NCBI RefSeq assembly: GCF_009914755.1
Contig: NC_060947.1
Origin: the human T2T-CHM13v2.0 reference genome, Homo sapiens
DNA: 64,000 bases
Strand: one strand, 5' to 3'
Shown here: positions 40,301 through 57,100 of the stretch, in pieces
Layout: every line of letters begins with the position of its first letter
How positions within the stretch are numbered: position 1 is the stretch's first letter
The notes under the pieces: generated by a model
Databases searched by the model: none
Seen by the model: only the letters and a program-made list of their open reading frames with translations
Told to the model about the DNA's origin: nothing
Position numbers and translations under genes: made by a program

Positions 40301-41815
40301 AAAAGACAAAGAAGGGCATTACATAATGGTAAAGGGATCAATGCAAAAAGAAGAGCTAACTATCCTTAATATATATGCACCCAACACAGGAGCACCCAGA
40401 TTCATAAAGCAAGTTCTCGGAGACCTACAAAGAGACTTAGACTCCCACACAATAATTGTCGGAGACTTTAACACCCCACTGTCAACATTAGACAGATTAA
40501 CAAGACAGAAAATTAACAAGGATATCCAGGACTTGAGCTCAGCTCATTACCAAGAAGACCTAATAGACCTCTACAGAACTCTCCACCCCAAATCAACAAA
40601 ATATACATTCTTCTCAACAACACATGGCACTTATTCTAAAATTGACCACATAATTAAAAGTAAAACACTCCTCAGCAAATGCAAAAGAATAGAAATTCTA
40701 ACAGTCTCTCAGACCACAGTGCAATCAAATTAGAATTCAGGATTAAGAAGCTCACTCAAAACCACACAGCTACATGGAAACTGAACAACCTGCTCCTGAA
40801 TGACTGCTGGCTAAATAATTAAATTAAGGCAGAAATAAAAAAGTTCTTTGAAACCAATGAGAACAAACACACAATGTACCAGAAACTCTGGGACACAGCT
40901 AAAGCAGTGTTTAGAGGGAAATTAATTGCACTAAATGCCCACAGGAGAAAGGAGGAAAGATCTAAAATCGACACCCTAACATCACAATTCAAAGAACTAG
41001 AAAAGCAAGAGCAAACAAATTCAAAAGCTAGCAGAAGACAAGAAATAACTAAGATCAGAGCAGAACTGAAGGAGATAGAGACACAAAAAACCCTTCAAAA
41101 AAAATCAATGAATCCAGGAGCTGGTTTTTTGAAAAGATTAACAAATTAGATAGACTTCTAGCCAGGCTAATAAAGAAGAAAAGAGAGAAGAATGAAATAG
41201 ACACAATAAAAATGAAAAAGGGGAGATCACCACCACTTATCCCACAGATATACAAAATACCATCAGAGAATACTATAAACACGTCTAGGCAAATAAACTA
41301 GAAAATCTAGAAGAAATGGATAAATTCCTGGACACATACACCCTCCCAACTCTACACCAGAAGGAAGTCAAATCCCTGAATAGAAAAATAACAAATTCTG
41401 AAATTGAGGCAGTCATTAATAGCCTACCAACCAAAAACATCCCAGGACCAGATAGATTCACAGCCGAATTCTCCCAGAGGTACAAAGAGCAGCTGGTACC
41501 GTTCCTTCTGAAACCATTTCAAACAATAGAAAAACAAGCACTCCTCCCTAACTCATTTTATGAGGCCAGCATCATCCTGATACCAAAACCTGCCAGAGAC
41601 ACAACAAAAAAAAAGAATTTCAGGCCAACAGAAATTTCAGCTCATCCTCATGAACACTGGTGCAAATATCCTCAATAAAATACTTGTAAACCAAATCCAG
41701 CAGCACATCAAAAACTTATCCACCATGATCAAGTTGGCTTCATCCCTGAGATGCAAGAGTGGTTCAACATATGCAAATCAATAAACATAATGCATCACAT
41801 AAACAGAACCAATGA

Positions 41816-41917
<102 letters not shown>

Positions 41918-43228
41918 TAACTCAAAATAATACTAGCTATTCAAGACAAACCTACAGAAAATATCATACTGAATGGGCAAAAGCTGGAAGCATTCCCTTT
42001 GAAAATCGGCACAAGGCAAAGATGCCCTCTCTCACCATCCCTATTCAACATAGTATTGGAAGTTCTGGCCAGGAAAATCAGGCTAGACAAAGAAATAAAG
42101 ACTATTCAAATAAGAAGAGAGGAAATCAAATTGTCTCTGTTTGCAGATGATATGATTGTATATTTAGAAAACCCCATTGTCTCAGCCCAAAATCTCCTTA
42201 AGCTGATAAGCAACTTCAGCAAAGTCTCAGGATACAAAATCAATGTGCAAAAGTCACAAGCATTCCTACACACCAATAATAGACAGAGAGCCAAATCATA
42301 AGTGAGCTCCCATTTACAATTGCTACAAAGAGAATAAAATATCTAGAAATACAACTTAGAAGGGAAGTGAAGGACCTTTTCTAGGAGAACTACAAACCAC
42401 TGCTCAAGGAAATAAGAGAGGACACAAACAAATGGAAAAATATTTCATGCTCATGGATAGGAAGAATCAATATTGTGAAAATGGCCATCCTGCCCAAAGT
42501 AATTTGTAGATTCAATGCTATCACCATCAAGCTACCATTGACTTTCTTCACAGAATTAGAAAAAACTATTTTTAATTTCATATGGAGCCAAAAAAAGAGC
42601 TCGTGTAGCCAAGACAATTCTAAGCAAAAAGAACAAAGCTGGAGGCATCATGCTACCTGACTTCAAACTATACTACAAGGCTACAGTAACCAAAAGAGCA
42701 TGGTACTGGTATCAAAACTGATATATAGACCAATGGAATGGAACAGAGGTCTCAGAAATAACACCACACATCTACCACCATCTGATCTTTGACAAACCTG
42801 ACCAAAACAAGCAATGGGGAAATGATTCCCTATTTAATAAATGGTGTTGGGGAAACTCGCTAGCTTTATGCTGAAAACTGAAACTGGACCCCTTGCTTAC
42901 ATGTTATACAATAATTAACTCAAGATGGATTAAAGACTTAAACATAAGACCTAAAACCATAAAAACCCTAGAAGAATACCTAGGCAATACCATTCAGTGC
43001 ATAGGCATGGGCAAAGACTTCATGACTAAAACACCAAAAGCAAGGGGAACAAAAGCCAAAATTGACAAATGGGGTCTAATTAAACTAAAGAGCATCTGCA
43101 CAGCAAAACAAACTATCATCAGAGTGAACAGGCAACCTACAGAAAGGGAGAAAATTTTTGCAACCTATCCATCTGACAAAGGTCTAATATCCAGAACCTA
43201 AAAGAAACTTAAACAAATTTACAAGAAA

Positions 43229-43247
43229 ACACACACACACACACACA
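43229..43247 (+). repeat. (AC)n microsatellite within L1 ORF2
   Basis: acacacacacacacacaca in place of the usual aaacaaacaaccc. Confidence 0.9.
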
Positions 43248-46283
<3,036 letters not shown>

Positions 46284-47911
46284 AAAAGAAAACATTTATT
46301 CAGCCAACAAACATTTTTAAAAAAGCTCATTATCACTGGTCCTTAGAGAAATACAAATCAAAAACATAATAAGATACCATCTCACTCCAGTTAGAATGGC
46401 AATCATTAAAAAGTCAGGAAGCAACAGATGCTGGAGAGGATGTGGACAAATAGGAATGATTTTATACTGTTGGTGGGAGTGTAAATTCAACCATTGTGGA
46501 AGACAGTGTGGTGATTCCTCAAGGAGCTAGAACCAGAAATACCATTTGACCCAGCAATCCCATTATTGGTTATATACCCAAAAGATTATAAATCATTTTA
46601 CTATAAAGACACATGCACACATATGTTTATTGCAGCACTGTTCACAGTAGCAAAGACTTGGAACCAACCCAATTGCTCATCAATGATGGACTGGATAAAG
46701 AAAATGTGGTACATATACACCATGGAATACTATGCAGCCATAAAAAAGATGAGTTCATTTCCTTTGCGGGGTCATGGATGAAGCTGGAAACAATCATTCT
46801 CATCAAACTAACACAGGAACAGAAAATCAAGCACCGCATGTTCTCACTCATAAGTGGGAGTTGTACAATGAGAACACATGGACACAGGGAGGGGAAAATC
46901 ACACTGAGGACTGTCGGGGGATGCGGGGAGGAATAGCATTAGTAGAAATACCTAATGTAGATGACGGGTTGATGCATGCAGCAAACTACCATGGCACGTG
47001 TATACCTATGTAACAAACCTGCAGATTCTGCATGTGCATCCCAGAACTTAAAGTATAATAAAAAAATAGTGTTTGGAAATTAATTCCAATCAGAGGCCAT
47101 TAAAGATTTGCATAAGATCCCTCACCTAAAATGTACAAATCATATTTTAATCTATTTGTTATTTTCAACTGGAGATTTGTTCTGGAAGCATAATAAATGA
47201 GTGCACTGATTGATATTTTATTTATTCTGCCCCAGCATGTATTACTTATATGCTTTTTTGTCTAAAAATCACTTTGTAGAAATCAAAGGCTGTGATGCAT
47301 TTAGGGATTTCATATACATTTTGGTAGTGGATGACACCAGAGAGTATGAGGAAGATCTAGAGTGCCAGAGGAATGAAAGTATTGATATTATGTTCAGGCA
47401 AAAGTGAGAAAGACTGAGACATTAAGGAAATAAGAGCATTCATGTCTGAAATTTTTGAAGAGGCAGGGAAGGTTGGATGAGGCTGAATAGAATAAAAAGG
47501 TTATTATAATAATTTTCATTTTTTAACAGAAACTAAGAGTCTGGGATATTTTAGAACAAGAAGAAAAAGTTTGTTTAGAAAAAAAGGAATTAGAGAAAAC
47601 AAAGATATATTAGGAAAATATGGAAAAGCCCTACACATAAAGATAGACAACAGTATCTATGACAGTTTTAAGATTTGATCAGAAATTTTGTGGGTAGTTT
47701 TACTAACTCTATATATGTGAAGATTGCCAAGAATTTCATCTGTGCCTTTGGAAGCAATACTCTAATTATTTTGGGCCTGCGAACATTAATAAATATGTAG
47801 GATTCTAATGAAAATGCAACCAAAAGTACAGTAATGCTAGTGGAATATTTTATTGGTGAAATGCAAATATTTAACTTCTTAAGTTATAAGCAACCAAGAA
47901 TCATATAACTA

Positions 47912-48135
47912 CCTTGCTGGATAGCTTGCATTTACCCCTCTAAATTCACCCTCCTCATTTATCCACCTTGTTTTCTCCTATACAAAGCCTACCTGTATGG
48001 ACTATATCTGTGGAATCCCTTGCCCTCTAGCTTAAAATGGGCTTTCATCAATGGGAATCTCCAGTATAAGATTTGAAGGAGGAAGAAGACTTAAATCACA
48101 GTATTTATTTTCCTCAGCTTCTAACCTGCAGTCCC
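47912..48135. mobile_element. Old ERVL LTR fragment (LTR33-like)
   Basis: acctgtatggactatatc...cccttgccctctagctt...caatggga...gtatttattttcctcagct. Confidence 0.6.
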
Positions 48136-48363
48136 TTTGTTGGAAAACTAAGGCTGTAAAGAAAGGCACTATTGCTAATAAGGCTTTGGTTTGGATGTCC
48201 CTGATAACTAATGATGTTGAACCACCTTTTCATGTGCTTATTCACCATTTGTATATCTTTAAAGAAACGTCTGTTCAGGGTCCTGGCCATTTTAATAAAA
48301 TTGAGTTCTTAAAAACAATTACTGAGATATTCTAGATACAAGTCTCCATCAAATTTGCAAGTA

Positions 48364-49554
48364 ATGTTATACGCTGCATAATAATGGTTTGGTCAACAAC
48401 AAATAACATATATAATTGTTATCTCACAAGATTATAATGGAGCAAAAAAAATTTCCTATTGCCTAGTGACATTGAAGCCATCATAACATTGTAGCACAAC
48501 ACATTACTCAAATATTTGTGGTGATGATGGTGTAAACAATCCTATTGTGCTGCCAGTTTTATGAAAGTGTAGTACATACGGTTACATTAAATATGCAATA
48601 CTTGATCATGCTTCAAAAAATCTGTGTTACTGGTTTATGTATTTACTATACTATAGTTATCACTAATTTAGAGTGTACTCTTTCTACTCGTAAAAAAGTT
48701 AACTATAAAAACTTTAGGCAGTTCATTCAGGAAGTATTCCAGAAGAAGGCATTCTTATCATAGCAGAGGGCAGTTCAATACTGTTATTGCCTTAGAAGCC
48801 CTTCCAGTGGAATCAGATGTAGAGGTGGAAGACAATAATATTGATAATCCTGACCCTATGTAGGCCTAGGCTATTGTGGGCTTGTGTCTTAGTTTTTTAA
48901 AAAAAGTTTAAAAAGTAAGAAAAAATACAAATAGAAAAAAGCTTCTAAAATAAATATATAAAGAAATAAAATATTTTTGTACAGCTGTACAATATGTGTT
49001 CTAAGTGTTATTACAAAAGAGACAGAGTTAAAAAAGAACATTTATAAAGTAAAAAAAGTTATAGTAAGTTAAAGTTAAAATTATTGAAGAAAGAAAATAT
49101 TGATATATAAATTTAGTGTAACCTAAGTATACAGTGTTCAGCAAGTCTACATTAGTGTACAGTAATGTCCAAGATCTTCACATTCACTTACCAGAAACAC
49201 ATTGACTTGCCAAAGCAACTTACAGTCCTGCGACCTCCATTCATAGCATGTGCCTTACAGGTGCACTATTTTTTATCATTTATGCCATATTTTTAATATA
49301 CCTTTTCTATGATTAGATATGTTAGATACACACATACTAATCATTTTGTTACAATTTTCTACAGTGTTCAGTACAGTAACATGCTATATAGGTTTGTAGT
49401 ATAAGAGCAATAGGCTATACTAAATAGCCTAAGTGTTCAGTAGACTATACTATCTAGGTTTGTGTAAGTATACTCTATGAACTTTGTGCAACAATGAAAT
49501 CAATTAACACATTTTTTTCAGAACAAACTCCAATTGTTAAGTGATGCAAGACTG
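48364..49554. mobile_element. Tigger3 (Golem/MER7B, Tigger3b-like) non-autonomous DNA transposon
   Basis: Degenerate TIRs (atgttatacgctgcataataatg; ttgttaagtgatgcaagactg), TA target duplication, body aagattataatggagc...tcctattgcctagtgac. Confidence 0.9.
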
Positions 49555-49598
49555 TATTTTCTCCCATTCTGTGGGTTGTATTTTCACTTTCTTGATAG

Positions 49599-50387
49599 TG
49601 TAACGGTGAAATGGGAGGAATTTTCCCTTATTCCCGTCACAGGGCATGTGATGGGGGTGTGGCTCACTTATGTGGTGCCCTGCTGCTCCAGCCCCTAGGA
49701 GGAGCATGCAGATGGGCAGGTTGTTGGGCTCCCACCCCACGGCAGTGTCTAAGGTTGAGTGTTTACAGCTCCCAAAGCCCCAATAGGCATGTGTTATAGT
49801 GTGCTCTTTCAGCTTAGCCATCTGCAGGTGGCTTACGTTAATCAGCTCAAGTAGATCCATTTGCCTTATCACAAAGTTAGAGGGCTTTCTGTATCCAGGG
49901 GTTCTTGCCTTAGTGTACTGGAAAAATTGGATCACATGTGGGCTTGGAGAATGAGTATAAAGCTTTGTTGAATGGTGTAAGTAGCTCTCAGCAGATGGAC
50001 TGGAAGCCAGAAGGGGCACGGAGTGGGAAGGTGGTCTTCCCCGGGGTTGGGCTGCTAAGTGGCTGGGCTCTCCTCCCAGTGCCCTCAGCGGAATTCCCCT
50101 TGGCATCCACGTTGTTCTGCCATTGATGGCCTGCCGGCATCTGTTGGTGTGTTCTGCTGGTGTGTTCCTCTCCACGTCCAGCTGCTGGTGTGTGTGTGTC
50201 CGCTTAAGGTCTCTGGCTTATATGGGCACAGGATGGGGGGTGTGGTGAGCCCAAAGGCAACTTTTTGTTTGTGAAAACAGAAAAGCTGGTCCTCACTTAG
50301 GACCGTGGGCACAGGCCTGAGGGTGGAGCCTTTGTCAGGGACCTCACCCTTCTCTACCCAGCATTTCCCTGCCCCCATCCTGTATCA
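49599..50387 (-). mobile_element. Solo LTR1-family ERV1 LTR
   Basis: TG/CA termini, minus strand begins tgatacaggatgggggcagggaaatgctgggtagagaagg; 4-bp TSD atag/gtag. Confidence 0.88.
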
Positions 50388-50644
50388 GTAGTATCCTAGT
50401 GCCCTTTAAAACAAAGTAAGTATTAATTTTCATGAAGTCCAATTTATTTCTCTTTTGTTACTTGTGCTATTGGTGTCTTATCGAAGAATCCATTGCCATA
50501 TCCAAGGTCACAAAGATTTACCCTAAATTTTCTTCTAAGAGTTTTATAATTTTAGTTCTTAGATTTTGGTCTTTGATTTATTTTGAGTTAATGTTGCGTA
50601 TCATGTGAGGTAAGGGTCCAGTTTAAATGTTTTTCATGTGTCTA

Positions 50645-51595
50645 TTATTTTTTTTTATTTTTAGATACATTATATTTTTACATATTTATAACATGCACGT
50701 GAAATTTTGTCATACACATGGAATGTGTAATGTTCAAATTAGAGGATTTAAGGTATCCATCACCGAAATATTTACCATTTATCTATATAGAGTACATTTC
50801 AAGTCCTGTCTTCTAGCTATTTTATAAGTACAATATATTGTTGCTACCTGTAGTCAACTTACTCTTCCGTCAAAGATTAGAACTTATTCCTTCCATTTAG
50901 CTGTATGTTTGTACATATTGACTAGCCTCTTTTCAACACTCGCACTTATATATTCTGCCCATCACAAGTATCTACCATTCTACATTCTAAGTCAATGAGA
51001 ACAATTCTTCTTAGCTCTCACATAGGTGTGAGAACATGCAATATTTGTCTTTCAGTGCCTGGCTTATTTCACTTAACATTATGACCTGCAGTTTCATCCA
51101 TGTTGCTAAAATCACGTGATCTAATTATTCTTTATAATCAAATGGTATTCTACTGTGTATGTATACCGCATTTTCTTCATCCATTCATTTGCTAATTAAC
51201 ACTTAGTTTTATCCCATATCTTTGCTATTGTCAATAGTGTTACAATAAACATAAGAGTTAATGTATCCCTTTCATATCTTCATTTCTTTTCTTTTGGATA
51301 ATTGCCTAGTAGTGGAATTGCTGGATTGATGGGTAGTTCTATATTTAGCTTTTTGATAAATCTCTGTACTGTTTTCCACAGTGGCTGTACTAATTTACAT
51401 TTCCACCAACAGTGTATAAGAGTTCCCTCTTATTCACATCCTTAACAAAATCTGTTGTTCCTTGCATTTGTAGTAATAGACATTCTGATTGGGGGAACAT
51501 GTTATCTAATTGTGGTTTTGATTTGCATTTCCCTGATGATTAGTAATATGGAGCCATTTTTCATATACCTGCTGTCCATATGTATGTTATCTTTT
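50645..51595 (-). mobile_element. L1MA 3' end (L1MA2-4-like)
   Basis: T tail, then tgtcttctagctatttt, tagaacttattcctt, gagaacatgcaatatttgtctttc, tttgcatttccctgatgattag. Confidence 0.88.
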
Positions 51596-52252
51596 AGTAA
51601 TTTATCATTCTGTCATTGTTCTTGCTTCCTGTTTCTGAAGATATCATTTCAGCCAAAAGTTACAGATTGAGCTCTGTCTGATATTTTCTGAGCAGGAATA
51701 TGTCCTTTTAGTACCTCAAGAATATGTCATAGCTCTTCAAAGCCTTCCATGAGACAACTCCTTCTTCAGGTATTTCTTTTACTTTGTTGGCCAGTTTCTT
51801 GTTTACCTGAGCTGATACCATAGCCTCATGCGTCAGTGATAAAAAATAATTGCCACCAATTATCTTGAATGAAAGCTCTGGATATAGGGTGTTTCCCACG
51901 AGTGAGGACTGAATTAAATCAAATAACAACACCATGTGAATATAATTCTTCTAGAGAGCTTCAAGACAGGTCATATAGTGAGAAATGCTTTGGATATGGC
52001 TTTTTGGGGAGTCTCAAACCCAGTGTTTCCCTTCCAGTGACTGAAAGGCTACCGTTTCTCATAGCTACTTGGTTGTGGGGCTGCTGCTTTTCAAAGCTTA
52101 AAGAAACCTGAGAAAAGGATAGTAGTAGATCAGTTTAAAATGTTATGGCCAGCCCTGCTCTTCTTACTGAGATTTAGCAGTTTTCCTTGAATTAGTAATT
52201 CTCCAAGTATAGCAAGGTTTTGGTTAATTACCGAAGCTCTGAAAAAGTTGGT

Positions 52253-52290
<38 letters not shown>
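52253..52290 (+). repeat. (GTT)n microsatellite
   Basis: About 12 units, directly visible. Confidence 0.97.
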
Positions 52291-52291
<1 letters not shown>

Positions 52292-52480
52292 TTGCTAGTG
52301 CTTTTATTGATTTGTTGGAGTGGTTGATTTATGAAGCTCCTCACTCATCCAACCTGAAAGTCCCATTTTGGAAAGCTGTAGATTTTAAGGTAAATCAGAT
52401 GAAAACATTACGAAGTAATTTCCCTTTTAAATGTGGTGAACAATTAAATAAAGAAGTCTCTAAAATGTGAAATATCTGCT

Positions 52481-52571
52481 TAATCAAGAGACAACTCATG
52501 TAAATAGTGTAACTCATGTAATCAAGAGACAACTCATGTAATCAAGAGACAACTCATGTAAATAGTGTAAC
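52481..52571 (+). repeat. Compound tandem duplication of 20-bp and 18-bp units
   Basis: A=taatcaagagacaactcatg, B=taaatagtgtaactcatg; order A-B-A-A-B(partial). Confidence 0.95.
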
Positions 52572-52644
52572 AGCTTATAATTTCACTAATTTCTTTTTAT
52601 TTTAATTAATTTTTAAATTAACTTATCTATTTTAAATTTTGTTA

Positions 52645-52790
52645 TTGACAAGGTCTCACTTTGTCACCCAGGCTGGGGTACAGAGGGCAATCATGGCTTA
52701 CTGTAGCCTTGAACTCCTGGACTTAAGCAGTCTTCCCAACTCGGCTTCCCAAAGCCCTGAAATTACAGGCACAAGCCACCATTCCTGGCT
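52645..52790 (-). mobile_element. FLAM_C-like Alu monomer
   Basis: gacaaggtctcactttgtcacccaggctgg...gaactcctggacttaagcagtcttccc...ttacaggcacaagccacc. Confidence 0.8.
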
Positions 52791-53559
52791 TAGCAATTTA
52801 TTTACTAATTATTCTATTTGTTCTTTAATCAATTGTAGTAGTTTATATTTTCTAGAATAGTTGTCATTTAATATGTCTTATCAATTTTATTGGTATAAAG
52901 TTATTAATATAATTTAGTTATGATTTGAAATAATCTTGAGTGTACTTATGCTCTTTTTTATTGTACTATTATTTGCTTATATGTTCTCCCATTTATTTTT
53001 TCTTAATTAGTGTTTTTACCTTTTGGTGTTGATGTTCATTTACATTGGGTTTCTTTTTTTCTCATTTGCTTCTTCATTTAATATTATTTTTAAAATTTTA
53101 TCTTTATATTTTGCATTTCACCTTAAAATGCATTCTATTCATTCTTTTTGTTGAGTAAACAGTATATTTTCTTTTAAACTTCCTCTTTTCTAATTCATTT
53201 AAACCCAATATGTTCTTCTAATTAATGTGTTTATTATCTCCAAAATGTTTTTCTATATAGTGTTCTCTTCAATATCAGTGGTTTATAAGAAGAAGTCAAA
53301 AGAAATACAACTCATGTTCTTTTTATCCAAGGAGCTTCCAAGGAAATGTTGTAACCATGGCAATGAGAAGCATTCATAGGATTCAGCAGAAAATATTGTT
53401 TATTTCTCCAAAGCCCACTCAAGCATCTTCTGTATAAATGTATTTTCCCATGATTTTTCTCACAATATTTTGGAAAATAATTCTGGTTATTAGGTTCTAA
53501 AATATTTACAGTTCAATAAATAACAAGTCCTTCTCCACATTGTCATTTTTTAAAAATTA

Positions 53560-53996
53560 GATATCATGGATACGTAAGGGTTTTTGCAAGAAAAGTATGG
53601 CACTACAAAACGAAGTTACTAAGGAGAGTTCGGTAAGGGCACTACTTAAAAAGGATGGACAAGATGAGGAAAATTGTCAAGGGATAGCAACCCACAGGTC
53701 TAGCAACAGTTGTTATAACCACTCCTAGATGTAACCAAGCAAGGAGAATGAGTAATAACTAGATCTATGTAACATGTAGCTAAGGAGAAATCTTCCCAAC
53801 AGAAACTATTACTTTTGCTAGAGGAACAAAACCTTGCCAAAACTTGACTGAAAGAATCTAGGGGAATTAATGCCCTGACCAAGAGGGTATATGCATTTTT
53901 GCCCTCTGATCTCCTTAATGTGATACAAATTGTATAATGCCAACCCAAACCCAGATGTCAATATGGATTATCATTCTAGTCATAGAGGTCAGCCAG
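53560..53996. mobile_element. Degraded ERVL LTR fragment (LTR33/LTR41-like)
   Basis: ggggaattaatgccctgacc...ccctctgatctcct...agtcatagaggtcagcc. Confidence 0.4.
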
Positions 53997-54120
53997 TACT
54001 ACTTTAAAAGTTTTAACTTCCTTTATTGCCCAGCTTAAGCCTTTCCAAAAGGGACAAATAGGAAAAATAATAAAAAAGTAAAATACATCCCAATCAAATC
54101 TAAAACCCAACAGGAAAAAC

Positions 54121-57100
54121 TATTTTTCATTAAGAAATCATAGTTACATACATTTATGGAATACAATATGATATTCTGATATATGCATACAATGTAGTAT
54201 AATTAAATCAAGCTCATTAACATATCCATCACTACGCTTATATATTTTTTATGTGATTGTACTAGTCCGTTCTCACACTGCTATATGAAATACCCAAGAC
54301 TGGGTAATTTATAAAGGAAAGGAAGTTTAATAAACTCACAGTTCCACATGGCTAGTGAGGTCTTCCAATCATGGCAGAAGACAAAGGAGGAGCAAAGGCA
54401 CGTCTTACATGGTGGCAGGCAAGAGAGTGTGTGCAGGGGAACTGCCCTTTATAAAACCATCAGATCTTATGAGACTTATTAACTATCACGAGAACAGCAT
54501 GGAAAAACCCGACCCCATGATTCAATTACCTCCTACCAGGTCCCTCTTATGACACATGGGGATTATGGGAATTACAATTCAAGAAGAGATTTGGCTGGGG
54601 ACACAGCCAAACTGTATCAGTGATATATTCAATACATCTCAAACTTTTTCCCCCTATTGATATGAAACTTTGTCCATTTTAACAATTTTCCATTCTCCTA
54701 CCTAAAACATTTTATCAACAACTCCCCATTCCTTCCATTACAATACCCCAGCATCTGGTATTGTTCTACTCTCTTCCTGTATGAGTTCAACTTTATTAGA
54801 TGTCACATATAAGTGAGATAATGCAAAATTTGTTATTTTGTGCCTGGCTTATTTCATTTAGCATGATGTTTTCTAGATTCATCTATCTTGTTACAATTGA
54901 CAGAATTTTCCCCTTTTATATGACTGAAAAAATATTCCATTGTGTAGATATATCACATTTTCTTTTCCCATTCATCTGTTGATGGATGTGTAGGTTGTTT
55001 TCCTATCTTGGCTATTGTAAATAGTGCTGCGTGGGAGTGAATATATCTCTTCAACATTTTGATTTTGATTTCTTTAAATATATACCCAGCAGTGGCTTTT
55101 CTGAATCATATGGAAGTTATGTTTTTAATTTTTTGAGAAAACTCCATACTTTTTCCATAATGGCTTCACTAATTTACATTCCAACTAACAGTGTGCAAGG
55201 GTGGCCTTTTATCTTTTGGGTAATAGCCATTCCTACTGTTGAGAGGTAATATGTCATTAAGGTTTGGGTTTGCATTTCCCTGATGATTAGTGATGTTGAC
55301 CATTTTTTTCATATACCTGTTGGCAATGTGTATATCTTATTTTGAGAAATGTCTACTTAGGCCTTTTGTGGATTTATTAACAGGGTTATATGTTTTCTTG
55401 CTCAGCAGTTTAAGTTTCTTACATATTTTGAATATTAACCCCTTATTAGATGTATGGTTTGCAAATATTTTCTCCCATTCTGTAGCTTTTCTCTTCACGC
55501 CATGGATTTTTCTTTTTGCTAAAGAAGCTTTTTAGTTTGATGCAATGTGTTTTGTCTGTTTTTTTCTTTTATTATCCATGCATTTGAGTTTATATCCAGA
55601 AAATCATTGTTCAGACAAAAATCATGTATCCCAAAGATTTTGCCAAGTTTGCTGCTAGTAGTTTCATAGATTTGGGTGTACATTTAAGGCTTTATTTTAT
55701 TTTTAGTAGATTTTCGTATATGGTGAAAGATAGGAGTCTTATGTTATTCTTCTGTTTGTGGATATACAATTTTCCTAGTAGCATTTATTGAAGAGAATGG
55801 TACTTTCACCATCGTGTATTCTTGGCACCTTCATGAAAAGTCAATTGACTGTAAATGTGTAAAATTATTTATTGGTTCTCTATTTTATGTTACTGATTTC
55901 TATGTTTTCATGCCAGTACCATGCTGTTTTGGTTCCTGTAGCTTTGTAGTATATTTTGAAATTAGGTTGCATAATTTCTCCAGCTTTGTTTTTCTTTGCT
56001 CAAAATTGCTTTGACTAAGTCATTTGTTGTTCTAAACAAATTTCAGTATTTTTTTATTTCTGTGAAAAATGCCATTGGTATTTTGATGGGGATTGTATTG
56101 AATCACCAACAATATGAATTTTTCAAATTCATGAATGCATGCTATATTTTCATTTGTTTATGTCGTCAATCTATTTCAACAATGTTTTATAGTTTTTGGT
56201 GTAAAAATTTTTTACCTCCCAGGTTAAATTTATTCCAAGTAATCTTTTGTAGTTATCGTAAATGAGATTGTTTTCTTGATTTTTTTTTGAGTTAGTTCAG
56301 TGTTAGTATATGGAAATGCTACTAAAATTTATTGTTGGTTTTGTAACTTGCAACAAAGTCAAATGAACTTTAATGAAGTCATTTATTACTTTTAACAGTT
56401 TTTTGGTGATGTCATTAGGGTTTACTGTATACATGACCATGTCATCTGTAAATTGAGACAAAATGACTGCTTGTTTTCCAATGTGGATGCCCTTTTTTAA
56501 AATATTTCTCTTGCCTAATTTCTATGGCTAGGATTTCCAATACTATTTTAAATAGAAGTAGTAAAAGTGAACATCTATGTTTAATTCATACCTTAGAGAA
56601 AAATCTTTAAATTTTTATTCAGTTTGATGTTAGCTATGGGTTTGTTATATGTGTTCTTTATTGTGTTAACACACTTTCTTTTGATGTTTATTTTGTTGAC
56701 AGGTTTATCATGAAGGGGAGATAAATTTTATCAAATGCTCCTTTTGCTTATGGAAATGATCATATTGTCTTTGTCCTTCATTCTGATAATGTGGTGTATC
56801 ACATTTATTGATTTCCACATATTGAACTATCATTGCATCCCTGAAATTAATTCCACTTAATTATAGTAAATGATTGTTTTAAACTGTTATTGAATGTGAT
56901 TTGCTAGTTTTTTGTTGAAAATTTTTGCACCTATGTTAATCAGACATATTGACCCATAGTTTTCATTTTTTAGTTGTGTTCTTCTCTGGTTTTAACATCA
57001 GAGTAATGTAAGCATCATAGAATAGATTTGGAAAGATTTTGTCATCTTGGAGTTTTTGTAATAGTTTGAGAAGAATTGGTATTATTTCTTTAACTGTTTG

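Larger units (their letters stand above)
48183..50625 (-). mobile_element. Old L1 ORF2 3' fragment split by Tigger3 and LTR1
   Basis: Removing the inserts restores tttgcaagtattttctcccattctgtgggttgtattttcactttcttgatagt...aagtccaattta. Confidence 0.85.

Noticed and set aside
49537-50175. 212-aa ORF
   Set aside because: Chance frame through a GC-rich LTR1 running into L1 sequence; no recognisable domain.
52481-52571. CRISPR-like repeat-spacer appearance
   Set aside because: Primate DNA, 11-bp core, spacers of 7-9 bp that themselves repeat, no cas genes; slippage explains it.
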